A DNA stretch of 64,000 nt, taken from the NCBI RefSeq assembly GCF_963921235.1, contig NC_086097.1, forward strand, positions 144,090,001 to 144,154,000, in the 5' to 3' direction. Under the pieces are notes generated by a model. The model was not told the origin of the DNA. It saw nothing but the letters and a program-made list of their open reading frames with translations, and searched no databases. This document shows, one piece after another, positions 13,640 through 25,524 of the stretch (positions are counted from its first letter, which is position 1; every line of letters begins with the position of its first letter). This DNA comes from Mobula hypostoma (Eukaryota). Position numbers and translations under genes: made by a program.

Positions 13640-13950
13640 CTCTTCTTCCCTTTTCTTCTTCTCGTTCACACATCTTAATCTTGAAAATGAGCATTCAGTT
13701 CACTGGAGTATTCTCTTATTAATCCTCCTGTTGCTCCCGTTACGATCTGATCTCTTCTCTTGGCTTCCTCATCCGCAACATCCTCTGATGAACTCTCTAT
13801 ATTCATACCTTTATTGACTCCATTCTTTTTAGCCTTCCATTCATCTAACTGGGCTTTGGCTTTTACATCTACTGTTAGAAGCAGCTTTTTTTGCCTCCAA
13901 CTCGAAGTTCATGCAATAACCTTAATGCACATAGAGCAGATTCTGATTCT
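13640..13950 (-). pseudogene. RBM25: RBM25 retrocopy fragment, 3' part (RRM C-terminal half and following helix)
   Basis: SESALCALRLLHELRVGGKK/LLLTVDVKAKAQLDEWKAKK..DEEAKRRDQIV..LIREYSSELNA matches recalled vertebrate RBM25; one frameshift and stops. Confidence 0.85.
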
Positions 13951-14991
13951 TGTTACATACCCCGTAACTGGGTTGCCAAACCAGCAGAAATGGATCACTC
14001 AGTTGGAGTCTGGATTACTAGAACTAAGAAAGTTTTATTAAAGAAACAAGCAACACAGTACTCTAATCAAAAGGATAATGAATGCAACAGTTCAGCAATG
14101 ATAAACATACATGTACACAGAATTAAGATAACAGGATCAATCAAGCTCTATCGTTGTCTAGGGGTAAATGACCAGTTTCAAAGTGACGCAAAGTTCAGTT
14201 CAATTTAGTTCAGTTCAGTTCGCAGTAATCACTGCTGTGGCGATGGACAGTGGGGGGGGGGGGGGGGGGAGGAGAGAGAGAGCAAAACGAATGAATATTC
14301 AAAACGACTTCCACACAGACCTCCGCAGTCAGCTTTCGGGCGAGTCCTTTGTGATGTCATCTGAGGTCACCGACCGTGACCCCCTCCGTTTCCAGATACG
14401 ATCGTTTCCCTGCGGTGAACCTGGCACCCAGGCAAGGGTGGACACACACCAGGTTCCCGCCGATCGTGCCTTTCCACCCTGTGTGTCTATGGCCCGATAC
14501 TTCCCACCGACTTGTGAGAGATGCACCGCTTCCAGGGTCTTGTTACCTCGGGTGTCGTGTGTGTCTTGCCTTAGCGAACCTGTCCCTTTTTATCCCCCTG
14601 CTGGGGTATCGCCTGTCCATCACTTCAAACAGTTCTGGGTTCAAAGGGGGAGCCGATCTTGACAGCTCTCCTTCCCCTTCATTAACATCTCCAAATGCTG
14701 CTCCATTGTTTTCCTTATCTCTCTTTCTCCTGAAGACAGGTGGCAGACCAACTGCTGATTCCACCGGTGCCAACACAGGACAGCTACATCTTAATCTATG
14801 TGTATTCTTGTCACACTTCCCCCCTTTAAGGATTTTTACTGGGGGGTAAAAATTACAAACATGAATACATTATTTGATACACACACAAATATACATCTTT
14901 GTCAGCTATTTGGCTGATACAGCGAGTTTGAAGTTGTCAACACCTGACAGACAGTCAGCCATCACATTTTCTGTTCCTTTTATATGTGCTA

Positions 14992-16685
14992 TTAATAATC
15001 CCTTAGACCAGGCTCCAACTTAGCAAACTTCATAGTGGCCAAAAACACTGATGAATTGCGATCAATGTAACCTCTCATTGGGTTTCGTCCCGGACCACAA
15101 TAACAAGGGTCGTCCCATTCTGACTTAGTTTTCTCTCGCAAGGGCTTAGTAGGAGGGGGAGGGGTGGTAACCGCAGAGTTATTGCAAAACTTCCTACAGT
15201 ACCCCACCATCTCCAAGAGCCTTCTGAGGGCCCTCTTGTCTGTCGGGGTTGGGATGTCAGCGATAGCCTGCACTGTAGCTTGCATCGCTGCCAGCTGCCC
15301 CTGTGTCACCACAATTCCCAGGTAAGTGACCTTCGGGTGGCCGAACTCATTTTTTTCAAGGTTCACTATCAAGCTGGCTTCAGACAGCCGTATTACATCA
15401 CCAATACACACCTCTGTGTTCGTCAGCCCTTTAGTCACTGAATTACTCATTCTATATGGGTGTTGCTCGTTAGGCTAACCTAGTGTAACAAACACCACCC
15501 AACGTCTCAGTTCTTTGCATCGCCTCGGGACAATCAAACACACAGGTGCGAGTCGTTTAATTACTTCTCCTAAAGAGTCACTTTGTTCGGGGATTAAGGG
15601 AGAGACCTTATCAGCAGACCTGGCCAAAACAATAGCCTTCTCCCATCTGGTCGATACCATACTCATCTTTTCAAAATGTTTTTTTTTCTTATCGGGGGGA
15701 CCCTAGCTTCATTGATTTCCGCGCTAACACCGACTAGGTTTGTTAGCATATCAAAAGTCTGTGACCGTCTCAGTTCGCGTCGGCCATAATCAATAACATC
15801 CTTCCTCCGGTGCAGCCGGTAAACCTCTTTCATGATTCCACCAACTGTTCCCTCCAGTACCGCAAAATGTCCACCGGGGTGTACCTTGTGGGCCAGGTTA
15901 AAAACCTCATCCCCATAACTCTTTTGCACCACCCCCCATTCCTCATCTGCGGGTACGGTACTTGGTTTCCCTTTCTTCCTTAGCACTTCCTCCTCCACAC
16001 AATAGCCTACTAGTTCCCTTGTTAGGTCTGTGTCAGAGAGAGCTGTCCCTGCCGAAACCATCAGCCCCTTGTCTCACTCCTGCACCTGCACAAATTCTTT
16101 CCTGGCTAATGCTATGTCTGTCCCAGCTCCCTCACTACCTCTTGTCTCACTACACTCCTTCTTTTCACTTTCTACCCACTTCTGGTACAAGGCTGGCAGA
16201 AACGTCTCAGCTAAATTTACTACTGCAGTCCCGTGATGAACCTGTGAGTCCATGGGCGGGGCCTCAATGCTGGCAGGCTGACCTGTCAATCTCACTGCTT
16301 CGAACACGATTCCCCCGGCGAGGGCATTACCGAGCAAGACTTCCACGCCTTTCATCGGTAATTCGGACCTCACCCCGATCGTGACTAGTCCAGAGACCAG
16401 GTTGCTTTGTAAGTGTATCTGGTGCAAAGGGACTGCTTCCATCCCTTTTCCAATGCCTTTGACCTTGACCTCCCCAGTCTGGGTCTCTGAGCTAACCTCT
16501 AATACACTCTTCAGTATTAGTGACTGACACACTCCCGTGTCTCTCCAGATCCGCACTGGAACTGGTTTTAACCCCTCCTTCACTGACACCAATCCGGCCG
16601 AGATAAACTTCTCGCGCCCTTCCTGAACCTTGGCAGACCTGTCCTTCCCTAGCGGTTCGTTTACCAGCTCGATACAGCCAGTCAA
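14992..16685 (-). pseudogene. Protease plus decayed integrase zinc-binding and RT remnants
   Basis: WRDTGVCQSLI protease; LAHKVHPGGH IN-like; VTYLG..PTPTDKRALRRLLEMVGYCRKFC RT thumb; catalytic cores missing. Confidence 0.75.
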
Positions 16686-16807
16686 AATCGCCGTTTTTCC
16701 TTTTCTTGTCTCCTTCTTTGGGGCAAAGCACCTGGACGCAAAGTGTCCGACTTTCCCGCAATTATAACAGACGACCCCAGGAGACTTCCTACCAGACTGC
16801 TTCCGGT

Positions 16808-17920
16808 CTACCTTATCCTTCTCACTAGTCCCTGGCTTACTTTCTGACTTTTCTGGCGGACTCTCCCCGCCGTCCTGACTACCCTTCTGGTAGCCTTTAC
16901 TTGGGGCAACTTCATTTTATGCGTCAACGCATACTCATCCGCTAACTTAGCAGTTGCGGCTAACGTGGCTGCCTCTTTCTCATCTAGGTAGGGTCTCATA
17001 CCCTCAGGGACACAACCTTTAAACTGCTCAATCAGGATCAGCTGTAGCAGTCTGTCATAATCCCCCTCTACCCCCTTCGAGGCGCACCAACGCTCACAAT
17101 ATGTCTGCATCTCACAGGCAAACTCTAAATACGTGCCGTCCCACTGCTTCCTTGCATTCCGGAACCTCTGCCGGTATGCCTCCAGGACCAACTCATAAAT
17201 CCTAAGGATGGCCTCTCTCACCACCTCATACCTCTGGGCATCTTCCGCGGACAAAGCTGAGTAAGCTTCTTGGGCTTTCCCTTTCAGTACACTCTGAAGC
17301 AAAACAGCCCACTTATCCCTCGGCCAGTCCTGACTTATAGCCACTTTTTCGAAATGGAGAAAGTACTGATCCACATCGGTATCGTCAAATGGGGGAACCA
17401 GCCTAACCTCCTGGGTCGCCCAGAACCCTCCACCTTGGTTCGGCATGGGCCCCTGCTCTGCCCTTATCTTTAATTTCTCCAGCTCGAATTCCCGTTCCCT
17501 CTGTTTCTCCTCTCGCTCCAGCTGTCTCTCTCTCTCTCTCTCCTGCCTTTCTAACTGTTTCTCTTTCTCCCGCCTTTCTAACTCTCTCTCCTTCTCTTCT
17601 CGCTCCAACTGTCTGTCCCTCTCTTTCTCTTCTCGCTCCAACTGCCGTACCCGGAACTCGTGCTCGAGTCTCAGTTTTTCAAGCTGCACCTGTACCGCGT
17701 CTCCGGCAGGTTTTTCAATAGACACCACCTCCAGCTCACCTTGGTGAAACACACCTTTAGATACATAGTGCTCTATGATAGCTCTGTGTATCTCCTCTCT
17801 CCTCATTGTCCACTTCCCCTTAGCAAGATTCAATCGTTTGGCCACAGCTACCAATTCCGATTTCCTTGCATCGTCTAATGCCTCCAAGGTCGGCGCCTTT
17901 ATAATTTCCTCAGCCTCCAT
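16808..17920 (-). CDS. Gag of the Gmr1-like element (coiled coil plus SCAN-like capsid domain); frameshift before the CCHC knuckle
   Basis: 370-aa ORF with EAYRQRFRN and LILIEQFK..YLDEK..AKLADEY; CYNCGKVGHFASRC at ~16730-16770 in another frame. Confidence 0.8.
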   Translation of the reverse strand: MEAEEIIKAPTLEALDDARKSELVAVAKRLNLAKGKWTMRREEIHRAIIEHYVSKGVFHQGELEVVSIEKPAGDAVQVQLEKLRLEHEFRVRQLEREEKERDRQLEREEKERELERREKEKQLERQERERERQLEREEKQREREFELEKLKIRAEQGPMPNQGGGFWATQEVRLVPPFDDTDVDQYFLHFEKVAISQDWPRDKWAVLLQSVLKGKAQEAYSALSAEDAQRYEVVREAILRIYELVLEAYRQRFRNARKQWDGTYLEFACEMQTYCERWCASKGVEGDYDRLLQLILIEQFKGCVPEGMRPYLDEKEAATLAATAKLADEYALTHKMKLPQVKATRRVVRTAGRVRQKSQKVSQGLVRRIR

Positions 17921-18882
17921 TTCTGCTGTTTGTCTTTTCTTTCTTTCGGGAATTTTGACCCAATCAATTTACTCCATCCCAAATTTAGCGTTCAAAATCG
18001 CGGACGAGAACCCCACTTATGTTACGTACCCTGTAACTGGGTTGCCAAACCAGCAGAAATGGATCACTCAGTTGGAGTTTGGATTACTAGAACTAAGAAA
18101 GTTTTATTAAAGAAACAAGCAACACAGTACTCTAATCAAAAGGATAATGAATGCAACAGTTAAGCAATGATAAACATACATGTACACAGAATTAAGATAA
18201 CAGGATCAATCAAGCTCTATCGTTGTCTAGGGGTAAATGACCAGTTTCAAAGTGACGCAAAGTTCAGTTCAATTTAGTTCAGTTCAGTTCGCAGTAATCA
18301 CTGCTGTGGCGATGGACAGTGGGGGGGGGGGGGGGAAGGAGAGAGAGAGCAAAACGAATGAATATTCAAAACGACTTCCACACAGACCTCCGCAGTCAGC
18401 TTTCGGGCGAGTCCTTTGTGATGTCATCTGAGGTCACCGACCGTGACCCCCTCCGTTTCCAGATACGATCGTTTCTCTGCGGTGAACCTGGCACCCAGGC
18501 AAGGGTGGACACACACCAGGTTCCCGCCGATCGTGCCTTTCCACCCTGTGCGTCTATGGCCCGGTACTTCCCACCGACTTGTGAGAGACGCACCGCTTCC
18601 AGGGTCTTGTTACCTCGGGTGTCATGTGTGTCTTGCCTTAGCGAACCTGTCCCTTTCTATCCCCCTGCTGGGGTATCGCCTGTCCATCACTTCAAACAGT
18701 TCGGGGTTCAAAGAAGGAGCCGATCTTGACAGCTCTCCTTCCCCTTCATTAACATCTCCAAATGCTGCTCCATTGTTTTCCTTATCTCTCTTTCTCCTGA
18801 AGACAGGTGGCAGACCAACTGCTGATTCCACTGGTGCCAGCACAGGACAGCTACATCTTAATCTATGTGTATTCTTGTCACA

Positions 18883-19104
18883 TTCTTTATACTCATGAAA
18901 GCAAAATGCTCGCAACTTTCCTGAAGCTCCTTGAACTTTCTTCCAGCTTAAAACCAAGCCACATTTCACAAGTAACTGCTTGATTAACATATCAGAAACT
19001 TCCTCGGATATGTTGCCTACTGTTTCATGTTCCCTCTGAGCAGCATGGTCCTTCTTTGGTCCAATGTGCTTTCCAACCAGAGGCACAGGACTTGGCATGA
19101 ACAC
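18883..19104 (-). pseudogene. RBM25: RBM25 retrocopy fragment, 5' part (RRM N-terminal half)
   Basis: VGKHIGPKKDH..VGNISEEVSDMLIKQLLVKCGLVLSWKKVQGASGKLRAFCFHEYKE. Confidence 0.88.
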
Positions 19105-20324
19105 CTGTTTACCCTCTGTTTAGGAACAGTTCATGGTGTACAGCTAGGAGACAATTGTAGTGTCATCCAGTACTCTTCTTAATTTGCTTTTAATTGACTC
19201 TGTTGTATTTTCCTCATCCACTCACATCCCCAGAAGCCCAATGTGGCTTGTTAGTTGCTGTATTTCACTGTTACAAATGTTATTCCCAGAGGAGTTATCT
19301 GTTTTTCATTATAATTTCTTAGTTGGATATCTGCAGGCTTCAATTCAGTATCTTTGAAATGCTGTTCAAACCCATTTTGCAGAATGACTGAAGCAGCCAA
19401 ACCAGTGTCCAATTCCATTGTAATCATTTTGCCATTCACTTCTGGTGTAAGCCATATTGCTTGCCTATTAGTAGCTTTCATATTGTAAATCTCATGGCTG
19501 GTCAGTCACTCTCATCATTATCAGACTTTTCATCAACAGCATGCAGTTCAGTGTTCTTTTCAAAATGGCAACTTGACTTTTTAGCCTTTTCTTTTCTCTG
19601 TGCAGACCATTTATTTTGTCTGCCTGACATGCTGTTCGTATGTATTCTACTTTATGGCATTTTCTGCAAGTTTCTGCAACCAGACTAAGCTTTCATTAGT
19701 CTGGTGTATGTGAGCCCCTGGTTCGGTCAGGCTGGTTTCTGTTAGACATGGAATTTAGTTTATGCTCACTTTCATTCCTGACTGAAACCCATATGCAACT
19801 TAATGTTTGCTGTTTCCATTGATACAGTAATTTCAGCTGCCTTTTTAAATGTAAATTGTACTTCAGTTAGGAGCTGTTTTTGAATGTTTTCTTGTAAGAT
19901 TCCACAAATTAAACCATCTCCCAGTGCATCATTAAACTCATATAGAACTGAAAATGCTCATCCAATCTCTTCAATTCAGCCACATATGCTGAAATGACTC
20001 CCCTTCCTTTTGATTCCACTTATGAAACCTAAAACATTCTTCCATCAACAATGGTTTTGGTCCTATATGTTCCTGTATTACTTTTACAATATCAGCAAAG
20101 CTCATTTCCAAATTGTTTGGTTGGAGCAGTTAAACTTCAAAGTAAACTGCATGTCTTTAAACCCAAAACACTCAGTAAAATTGGTACTCATTTCTCATTG
20201 GCCATTTCATTCGCTTCAAAATACTTTTCACTTAGCTCATTATATATGAGCCCATTATCTCTTCTGGATTCAAACCTCTACTTCTGCTCTTTCAGGCATT
20301 TCTGGTCGTTTTTTAAAATTTTTA

Positions 20325-21560
20325 TTAACAGCCTAAGTCTGAACATGGAGAAGACCAAGGAAATGATTGTGGACTTCAGGAAGGTGCAGATGAACTACGT
20401 CTGTGTATACATGGCCTCTCCATAGAGAGAGTTAAGTGCCCCAAGTTCCTCGGTGTTCACATCACGGATGAGCTCACCTCAATATCACCTCCCTGAATAA
20501 GAAGTGTTGACCAGAAGAAACTGCAGACTAATACTAATCAAGGACAGGGGAAGCAGCCATGCCAGTTGTCTCTTTTTCCCCTTTGTGGACTCTAAACTGA
20601 TTCTTGCTCTTGGATAATCTAATCAGAGCAACTGAATGTGGACACAGGAAGCTTCAGGTAATGATCTGCTAAATCTGAGACCATTCTCCAACAAGTATTT
20701 ATTTGTTATGTAAAGGAAGTGGACTCTAAACTGATTCTTGACTCTGGGACAATCTAATCAGAGCAATTAGCCAGAGACCATTCTCAGAGGAGTAGCTACT
20801 TATTATGTAAAGTGCCAGACCTACCAAGGAAGCAATCTGCAATCTCATTAGACTCTGTCTGGGTCACCTCATTTAACTGGTTTGGACCGGTCAGTGTAAA
20901 GGCACAAATACACAAGGCTAGGGTGGACAGAACCATGAAACAATGTTGGTTGTAGCCCCGTACAATGACCAGTAAGAAGGTGACTCAAATAGGTAAGGTG
21001 ACCTTGAACCAATGGGATGGAGATCCAATGGTTCAATTGATGAGGAACAGTATAAGACTCAGGAGCTTCGTAACTCTCCAGCAGCCAGAGACAAACCATT
21101 GCAGATATGGAGGACCCCATGGACATGTGGAGATCAGGACCACGAGGAATGCCTGGCCAGCGTAGACTTCTTTCCCAGGTAATACCTTTTCTTTTCATTG
21201 ACTGTTCATGGACTGTCAGGGAATTCTAGTAGGGAGCACACAGGTAGATAAGAGGGTGAACCCATGTGCTTTTTAAGTAGAAATAATAAAAGTTGTCAGT
21301 AAAAACAGATTCTCTGTACCTTACTGATCGTTATCACAAGGGTTGATTCTTGTAACAGAAGGCACAGCATCTCCTCCACTTCCTGAGGAACTCGAAGCAA
21401 GTGAGGCTCCCCCTGCCCTATCTTAACTGAATTTTACAGGAGCACCACTGAGAGCATCCTGACAAGCTGCATCACCATTTGGTATGGAAGCAGCTGAGCT
21501 TCAGACTGCAAGTCCCTACAAAATACTATGAAAATGGCCAAGAGGCTCCCTACCATCCAT
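20325..21560 (+). mobile_element. Rex1/Babar LINE fragment split by a solo LTR
   Basis: LSLNMEKTKEMIVDFRK..KFLGVHI; KK|AQHLLHFLR reads across the insertion. Confidence 0.75.
20505..21357 (+). mobile_element. Solo LTR (853 bp)
   Basis: tgttga..gtaaca ends; 4-bp TSD gaag; aataaa ~21285; internal direct repeat gtggactctaaactgattctt at ~20585 and ~20719. Confidence 0.85.
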
Positions 21561-24500
21561 GCTGTAATCAGCAAAACCCAGCATGTACCAGGTAATCAAG
21601 TGTCTGCATTTCAGATCAAACTTTTTGTCATAAAGTTGCTGTTCTTTGGAATTCTCTTCCATAAAAACCGTGTGTTAACTTACCTGCTTTGACTGTCTAA
21701 GCAGTCCCATCCATCCTTAATTACCTTCCAGTTCATGCTGGTCAGCAAAGTGCTTGGATGCACTATGGAAATTCAAGTTGGTTATTTTCAATCTTGCACT
21801 AGAACACTTTAATGATAAGCATGTTTGTGGAAATTTCATTGATTGAGATGGGAGACCACGATGTTCCCTGAGGCAGCTAAGCCTTGGGAATCTTGATTTT
21901 ATAATTGATTTCCCCAGATATTAGCATCACTGACCATGCATTTATTGTCCACCCCTGGTGTAATGTTAGAATTGTTTGGCTGGATCATTTCAAAGAGAAC
22001 TACACTGTTGAAGGTTTTGCCCTCAAAGATGATGCCTCATTTGCAGAGGATCCAGAGCATTTTCTGTTTTTTTTTAATTCTGAGCATCGGCTTTGCTTTT
22101 GATTAGTGATACTGGAATCAAATAGCCCAGACTGGTTAAGGACAACATTGCTTTAAAATTGAACTTTCGGCATGTTTTGTACTTTACATTAATGCTGCTT
22201 TGGAGTTAACATCTAAAAAATTTTACTTGAAAAATAGTAAAATTGACCTAAAGTATATTTCTAAAATGTTAAGAATGTTTGGTACTCAGCATTGTACCAT
22301 AACACTGGACCGGCATTGTTGTGCTATTTACACAACACAATAGAAAGCACCTGTATGGAGAGGGAGAGCGGGGGGAATATATAATCTAATCTGATTTAAA
22401 AGTAACATCTTAGATGAAGGAAAGAGCACTGTAACAGAGAGTTGCCAAGAGAGCTGGCAAGGTTGTCACTATGAGATCTTAAGAGAAGGTTGCTGGGGTG
22501 ATGACGTGCAACCATGGTAACAATCCCTTTTTTACGGACCTCTTTCATGTGGAAGCTTATTTTCAAACATACAATCTCACACACAGACCTTATTGACATT
22601 CTTCATGAATCACTCTTTCTGTGGAACTCTGCAGCCTCTCACCACACTCGTAGCCCTGTAGCCCAATTCGTAATGCAATCTAGTATTCAAACCAAAATGC
22701 TAGTCCAGTAACACCCTTTATCTCCATATTGATGCAACAGGCTGTATGGAGTCTATGGAGTAAGGGTGCCATAATTGCCTTCTCTGGAAACCCAATTCAT
22801 GGGCAAAAACTCAGAGTCAGCCCGATTACATGGAACTTACTGGAGCTGGGTTCATCTGCAATGGAATTACTGACAGAAGCCACACCAAGTCTGAACGCAT
22901 ATGTATTGTCTCACCCTGACCCAACTAATTGTCTAATCCTGAACACATGGATACAACTTCATGCTTTAATGAAACAAATACATGTCACCTGGCACTAGTT
23001 TGATATTTTAAGAGTAAAGAGATTCTCATGCCCATAAAGACAGAGGGTAATATGTACAATTCCTATACAAATGTTTCTTTCTCTAAAGGAAACATTTCAG
23101 CTAGATTCTTTCCAAATAAATTTTTAACAGAATTTATCAAACTTGCTTGAGTAGATACAGACTTATGTTCTATGAGTTACAAGTTTTTGATAGTTTAAGC
23201 CTGGAAAAATAATTGCAAAATCTACAATCAGCACCTCTGTGTACCCTCAGCAGGTGATGAAAATTGCATTGCACATGATATGTTCATTGGTGCAACTGGT
23301 CTGGGGAGGTAGCAGTTATAGTGTGCAGTGCATGAATGATGCCTTATGAGATCAGACATGTGCAATAAAGAAAACTTGTAGGTCTGAAATGCCAGAGTGG
23401 GGCTCAATAGAAGTGTGAAGACCTGTTCGAAAGTTTGTTAAAGTACACTGTCTTTACAGAAAATAGAATCAGGAAGACTGCAAATAGAAACCACAAATCT
23501 TATGGATTCATGATAGCTCCAATTCCTTTAACACTACAGATAAAGCTTTCTATTTTGCTGGCATGTGTAATAGATAATTAACCACACCGATCTTCTTACT
23601 ACGTCTCCATCTCCAACTCAACAGATCACCCTTTTGCTTCAGATACATGTTGTGCCCCACCCCAAGTTGCACCATCATGCAAAAGCTCCACTCCTGGAAT
23701 TGGGCTTTCTGATTGGAACTGTTACTTTAAGCTCCAGCTACAACAAAACATCACATAATAAGAACATAGAATAGTACAGCACAGTACAGGCCCTTCGGCC
23801 CACAATGTTGTGCCAACCCTTAAACCCTACCTCCCATATAACCCCCCACCCTAAGTTCCTCCATATACCTGTCTAGCAGTCTCTTAAATTTCACTAGTGT
23901 ATCTGTCTCCACCACTGACTCAGGCAGTGCATTCCACGCACCAACCACTCTGAGTAAAAAACCTTCCTCTAATATTCCCCTTGAACTTCTCACCCCTTAC
24001 TTTAAAATCATGTCCTCTTGTACTGAGCAGTGGTGCCCTGGGGAAGAGGTGCTGGCTGTCCACTATCTATTCCTCTTATTATCTTGTATACCTCTATCAT
24101 GTCTCCTCTCATCCTCCTTCTCTCCAAAGAGAGAAGCCCTAGCCCGAGGGAACACCTGGACAGGACGAGGGAACTCCTGGGCAGGACGAGCCTTGGACTT
24201 GGGATGACAGGAACCTCGGAACCTTACACTTGGAATGACAGGAACGCAGAACACAGAGCCTTGGTCTTGGGAGGACAGGAATTCAGAGCCTTGGACTTGA
24301 GAGACAGAAACACAGGGACATGGAACACAGAACCAGGACCCTCCTTGGGAACAGGACTCGTACACAGAACACAGAGCCAGGACCCCGCCCAACCCTTGGG
24401 AACAGGATTAGGGGCCAGAGCTCTACACAGAATGCCTAACACAACGAGATAGTTCCCAACACTAGGTAGCAGCAAACAGCCAGACCTACCTAGTGAAGGC

Positions 24501-25524
24501 ATGGACGCAGAGACAGTTCCAACTCAACAATAGACAGTTCCTTATCTTGACACAGCAAGGCTCTGGTCTCACTCCAGTGGTAGAACTTGACACAGGTTGC
24601 CGGCAAGGCTCCAGACATGGGTTGCCGGCAAGGCTCCAGGAGGAAGGGGAAGGGAAGGGGAAGGGAAGGGGAAGGGAAGGGAACAGTTCAGCCTCAGGGT
24701 AATGGCAAAGACAGCCTGGCTTACCCAATAGAGGCAAGAACAGGAAGGGACAGATCCAACTGCAGGGTAACAGCAAAGACAGCCTGACTTACCCCACGGA
24801 GGAAAGGAGAGGATACTGACAAGATGAACCAGCAAGCACACTTCTTTTTTTGTTTTATGGGGTTGGCAACCAGTTTTCAGTGCATTACTGCCACCTGCTA
24901 GACTTGTTGTGTTCCAACTAAATATGTCCTGGAGTTCTCTACCTTAGACAATCTAGTTCAGCCTGCAGTTCTCTATTAGCAGCACTCTGTAGTTGCAATT
25001 CCTCGTGAATGCTTAATGCGCTCATTAGATAATGCCGCAAACTGCTATTCTTCCCTAATTTTGTCACGTTCGAGTAGTTGCATTACCTCAATTACATTGA
25101 TTTCATCTACATCACTTGTAAGACTAAAATGATCTTGTTAAAGAATAGTAACTATCGCACGATATACTTTTAAAATTGCTTTTTTCCAAGTCTATCTGCT
25201 TTTTCAGGTTTTCCTTTTCTTGGATCGTAGCCTGCAGTTGTTTACTGAGACCTCGGAGTTCTTCATTTGCTTCCATGTTTTCATTTTATAATCTGAATGT
25301 AGATAATTCACTTTGCAACAAATTCCTTTTCCTTTTGTATCCTTGTAATAATTTCCTCCATTTTCCAATCTCTTTCCAACTCACCGTTGTTCTTGTTGGG
25401 TACTTCTGTTTGTGGTTGGAGTTCTGCATATTTACCCTGGGCTTCAACCATAAAATCTGAGGATTTTCCTTAAGTTCTGAAACATTTCTTAAATTCTTGA
25501 CCATTTGCGATAAGTATACTGCCA

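Larger units (their letters stand above)
13951..18882 (-). mobile_element. Gmr1-like Gypsy LTR retrotransposon, internally deleted, both LTRs intact
   Basis: LTRs 13951-14815 and 18020-18882 (TG..CA); 4-bp TSD ttct; PPT 14816-14830; PBS tggggttctcgtccgcgat resembling tRNA-Pro; domain order gag-PR-IN-RT. Confidence 0.9.
13086..20320 (-). mobile_element. Second decayed Gypsy of the 5880-10433 family, carrying an RBM25 fragment and a nested LTR element
   Basis: 3' LTR 13086-13317 homologous to 10189-10433; PPT at 13318-13328; pol tail to ~13640; protease MELDTG (ORF 19251-19481); gag ~19600-20320. Confidence 0.85.

Noticed and set aside
14168..14849. ORFs of 150-165 aa, duplicated at 18319-18898
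   Set aside because: They lie in the LTRs on the antisense strand and have no recognisable domain.
18622..19104. 160-aa ORF as a functional RBM25 gene
   Set aside because: Only the first ~74 codons are RBM25-like; the rest is read-through into an LTR. The start is non-ATG and the RRM is partly deleted.
22440..22525. CRE-like tgacgt and RFX-like ccatggtaac motifs as a promoter
   Set aside because: Short motifs, no CpG island and no transcript evidence.
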